A program made the position numbers and the translations under genes. 64,000 nt of DNA, taken from assembly GCA_965232515.1 (NCBI GenBank), contig CBDDPY010000002.1, forward strand, positions 3,744,001-3,808,000. The letters run 5' to 3'. The notes under the pieces were generated by a model. That model saw only the letters and a program-made list of their open reading frames with translations. It searched no databases and was not told the DNA's origin. This document shows positions 61,540-64,000 of the stretch, in pieces. The stretch's first letter is position 1; every line of letters starts with the position of its first letter. This stretch comes from Alphaproteobacteria bacterium. GTDB lineage: Bacteria; Pseudomonadota; Alphaproteobacteria; GCA-2731375.

Positions 61540-62588
61540 GCAAGTTCCTCCAAATCGAGGGCGACGGGATCGACGCCCGCGCCGATATGGCGTCGCCACA
61601 TCCATATCCGTTTGAGTATCCGACCGCCGGTCGCGCCCGGCGCGAACGCCTCGCGGCCATGCAGCATGACCAGATTGTTCACAAGCAGGATTTCGCCGGG
61701 CTGAAGTGGATGCCGGAAGCACAATTCGGGGCGTTCGATGACCGCGTCCAGGAAATCGAGCGCTTCGCGCTGACGGGCGTCGAGCGGCGTGCCCGCCAAC
61801 TCCATGCCCGGCTCGATCATCACGCGCGCGTAGTGGATCCGAAGTTCGCCGTGGCTGAACTCCAAGACCGGTTTCCGGATGGTCGGCCCGCCGCTCGGCC
61901 AGACATGCAATTGCGGCGACCGGAAATGATAGTGATCGAAATAGAGCGGCAGCAGATCGGGGCGTTCCCGTTGAATCGTGTCGAAGATGGTCCGGGCCGA
62001 AATCACGGTGCTGTCACCGCCGTCGCTGGCGGCGCGATAGCAAAGCAGGCCGATATAACAGGGCGGTCGGGGCTCCAGACAGCCGTTGTCCGAATGCTTG
62101 GCCGACCGTTTGGCGCTTGCGCCGATCCGGGTCGGATCGGTATTCGCCGCGCCTCTGTCCGACACCGTGAACAGCCGGCGATCGGTGGCGATGCCCTGGC
62201 GTACGGGACGTCCGAGATAATTGCAGAGTCCCCAGGCAATGATCTCGGCGTCGGATTCGGAGAATGTCGACGGATCGAGGCCACGAAGAATGGCGATGCC
62301 GATGCCATGGTCGAGCTGGGCCTGAATTTCACCGACGTCGGCGGCGAAGCTCGGAACCCGAAAATCCTCCTGCTCGACATTGTCCACGGTCAGCCCATTC
62401 GCATGCGCAAAACGCAGACACCGATCGATCTCCGCCAGGGCCATATCCTTGAGATCGAAACAGACGGATGACGATGACAGGGATTGCCGGTTCCAGGCGC
62501 GCGCCTGGGGCTCATTCGCGGGGAGTTCTCGTATGGCCGGCGCGGTTTTCGCACCGTCACCGGAAACGGCCGGCATTGGCTCGTACAT
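61536..62588 (-). CDS. TauD/TfdA-family Fe(II)/2-oxoglutarate dioxygenase
   Basis: HSD...LHGR facial triad; GLLC....GGDS; C-terminal RILKR. Confidence 0.85.
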   Translation of the reverse strand: MYEPMPAVSGDGAKTAPAIRELPANEPQARAWNRQSLSSSSVCFDLKDMALAEIDRCLRFAHANGLTVDNVEQEDFRVPSFAADVGEIQAQLDHGIGIAILRGLDPSTFSESDAEIIAWGLCNYLGRPVRQGIATDRRLFTVSDRGAANTDPTRIGASAKRSAKHSDNGCLEPRPPCYIGLLCYRAASDGGDSTVISARTIFDTIQRERPDLLPLYFDHYHFRSPQLHVWPSGGPTIRKPVLEFSHGELRIHYARVMIEPGMELAGTPLDARQREALDFLDAVIERPELCFRHPLQPGEILLVNNLVMLHGREAFAPGATGGRILKRIWMWRRHIGAGVDPVALDLEELA

Positions 62589-62629
62589 GTCGCTCGCCAC
62601 CCCCTCCCCCAACACCTCGCTCGATACCG

Positions 62630-62661
62630 ATAACGTTATAATGTTATAACAATGGGTGCAA
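62630..62661 (-). promoter_or_regulatory. Promoter with tandem HutC-type operator
   Basis: GTTATAAT-GTTATAAC (62635-62650) overlapping minus-strand TTGCAC-N17-TAACGT. Confidence 0.65.
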
Positions 62662-62748
62662 TGCAGGACGTTATGCCTATGCTGGAAATCGGCTGTTGAC
62701 GTCGGTGGCGCTGACAGGGGCCATCAATCCAAAGGTGTCGCGAAACGA

Positions 62749-63597
62749 ATGACCGATCGACTCTCCGCCGAAGGGCTTACGCCGTTGAAACTCGACGGCT
62801 CGCAACGACAAAGCCCGTTTCACCATCAAGTGTTTCTGGTCCTGCGCGACAAGATCCAGTCCGGCGCCTGGCCGGAGGGAAAGGTGATCCCGAGCGAGGC
62901 GAAGCTTGCCGAAGCCTTCTCGGTCTCGCGCATCACCGTGCGCCAGGCGGTCAACCGGCTGGCCGACATCGGTCTGGTCGGCCGCAAACAGGGACGCGGC
63001 ACCTGGGTCCTGCCGAACACGGCCGAACCGGTCATGCGGATGGACGCCACATCGATCATCGACGGCCTGTTCGAGATCGGCCGGGCGACGACGGCGACGC
63101 TGCTGGAGCATCAGACGATTCCGGCGCCGCCGCATGTCGCCGACGCGCTGGGCCTGGAAAACGGCACGCCCGTGCTCCGGACCGTTCGCGTCCGGTCGTC
63201 ATCGGGCGAGACATTTTCGCATATCGTTTCGCATGTCCCGGCGGCCACCGCCCGCAACTTCACCGAAGAAGAGCTGACGAACGGTTCGCTGGTGGAGATG
63301 CTGGAATCCCAGGGCCTGCGTCTCGCCCGCGCGCGCCAGAGCATTTCCGCCGGCCTGGCGGACCCCGGTCTGGCCCGGGCGTTGGGGATCGATATCGGCT
63401 CGCCGCTGCTCACCGCCAAGCGCGTCATGATCGACGACAGCGGCCGCAAGGTTCAGTACATCGAAGCCAGCTACAGGCCCGACAGGTTCCAATACTGGAT
63501 CGACCTCGACCGGGTTTCTTCCGGCGGCGGCAAGGGCCAGGCCTTCGTCGTCAGCAGCGCCGGCCGCGTCGAGCCGTCGCCCGAGGCCGCGGAATGA
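62749..63597 (+). CDS. GntR/HutC-family regulator (wHTH + UTRA)
   Basis: IPSEAKLAEAFSVSRITVRQA; RKQGRGTWV; YRPDRF. Confidence 0.92.
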   Translation: MTDRLSAEGLTPLKLDGSQRQSPFHHQVFLVLRDKIQSGAWPEGKVIPSEAKLAEAFSVSRITVRQAVNRLADIGLVGRKQGRGTWVLPNTAEPVMRMDATSIIDGLFEIGRATTATLLEHQTIPAPPHVADALGLENGTPVLRTVRVRSSSGETFSHIVSHVPAATARNFTEEELTNGSLVEMLESQGLRLARARQSISAGLADPGLARALGIDIGSPLLTAKRVMIDDSGRKVQYIEASYRPDRFQYWIDLDRVSSGGGKGQAFVVSSAGRVEPSPEAAE

Positions 63598-64000
63598 CGA
63601 CGGAGAGATCGCTTTGCGTCGTCGGCGCCTGCGGCGGCATTGGGGCGGCTATCGCCCGCCGGGCAGCAGCGGCCGGCTACGCACCCCTGATCCTGATGGA
63701 CCGGAATGAATCAGGTCTGCAAGACCTGGCACGGGAAACGGACGGGATCGCGATCGCGGTCGATATCACCGATGACGACGCCGTCGAGGCGGCGTTCGCC
63801 AAGGCCCGGTCCAGCGTGGCGCGCCTCTACGGCCTGGTGCTGGCGGCCGGTGTCGTCGACAACGGCAAGCTCGCGGACCTGACAGCACGCCAGTGGGCCG
63901 ATATTCTGGCCGTCAACCTGACCGGCCCGTTTCTGTGCTGCCGCGCGGCGCAGGACTGGCTGGCCAATGGCGGCCGGATCGTGACATTGGGCTCGCTCGC
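63594..64000 (+). CDS. SDR oxidoreductase, 3'-truncated by window edge
   Basis: ATG at 63594: MTTERSLCVVGACGGIGAAIA...VNLTGPF...GRIVTLGS. Confidence 0.82.
   Translation, partial: MTTERSLCVVGACGGIGAAIARRAAAAGYAPLILMDRNESGLQDLARETDGIAIAVDITDDDAVEAAFAKARSSVARLYGLVLAAGVVDNGKLADLTARQWADILAVNLTGPFLCCRAAQDWLANGGRIVTLGSL

Noticed and set aside
61536-62588. TauD protein as the SQ dioxygenase completing the sulfosugar cluster
   Set aside because: It is in a separate operon with its own HutC-type operator and peptide-class transporter; there is no sequence evidence for SQ specificity.

Overview
High-GC alphaproteobacterial (Rhodospirillales/Rhizobiales-like) chromosomal segment, densely coding, with no recognisable rRNA, tRNA, CRISPR array, transposase or phage gene. 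It is a mosaic of regulated accessory modules. (1) 0.6-10.6 kb: an ion/pH-homeostasis module with an orphan F0-only atpB-atpE pair, an OxyR-like LysR regulator lacking the peroxidatic Cys, UspE, two small proteins and a complete mrpABCDEFG Na+/H+ antiporter. (2) 10.7-21.9 kb: a GntR-controlled non-phosphorylative aldose/sugar-acid catabolic regulon (CUT1 ABC transporter, XylB-like SDR, three dehydratases, HpcH aldolase). (3) 22-33 kb: acyl-CoA ligases, beta-oxidation-like enzymes, an amidohydrolase and an amidase. (4) 33-43 kb: an AmiC/AmiR (ANTAR) amide-utilisation operon with a visible ANTAR antiterminator leader and a Urt-type ABC transporter. (5) 43-52.7 kb: a probable sulfoquinovose (sulfosugar) cluster (GH188-like Gfo/Idh/MocA, NitT/TauT transporter, SQ-dehydrogenase-like SDR, RpiR/HexR) that also holds an uncharacterised TIM-barrel protein and a type II FMO. 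(6) 52.7-64 kb: a GntR-controlled TauD-DUF2848-peptide ABC-OYE-CMD catabolic operon of unknown substrate. The best candidates for undescribed systems are modules 5 and 1. Family assignments come from motifs and recalled family resemblance; no database search was run.
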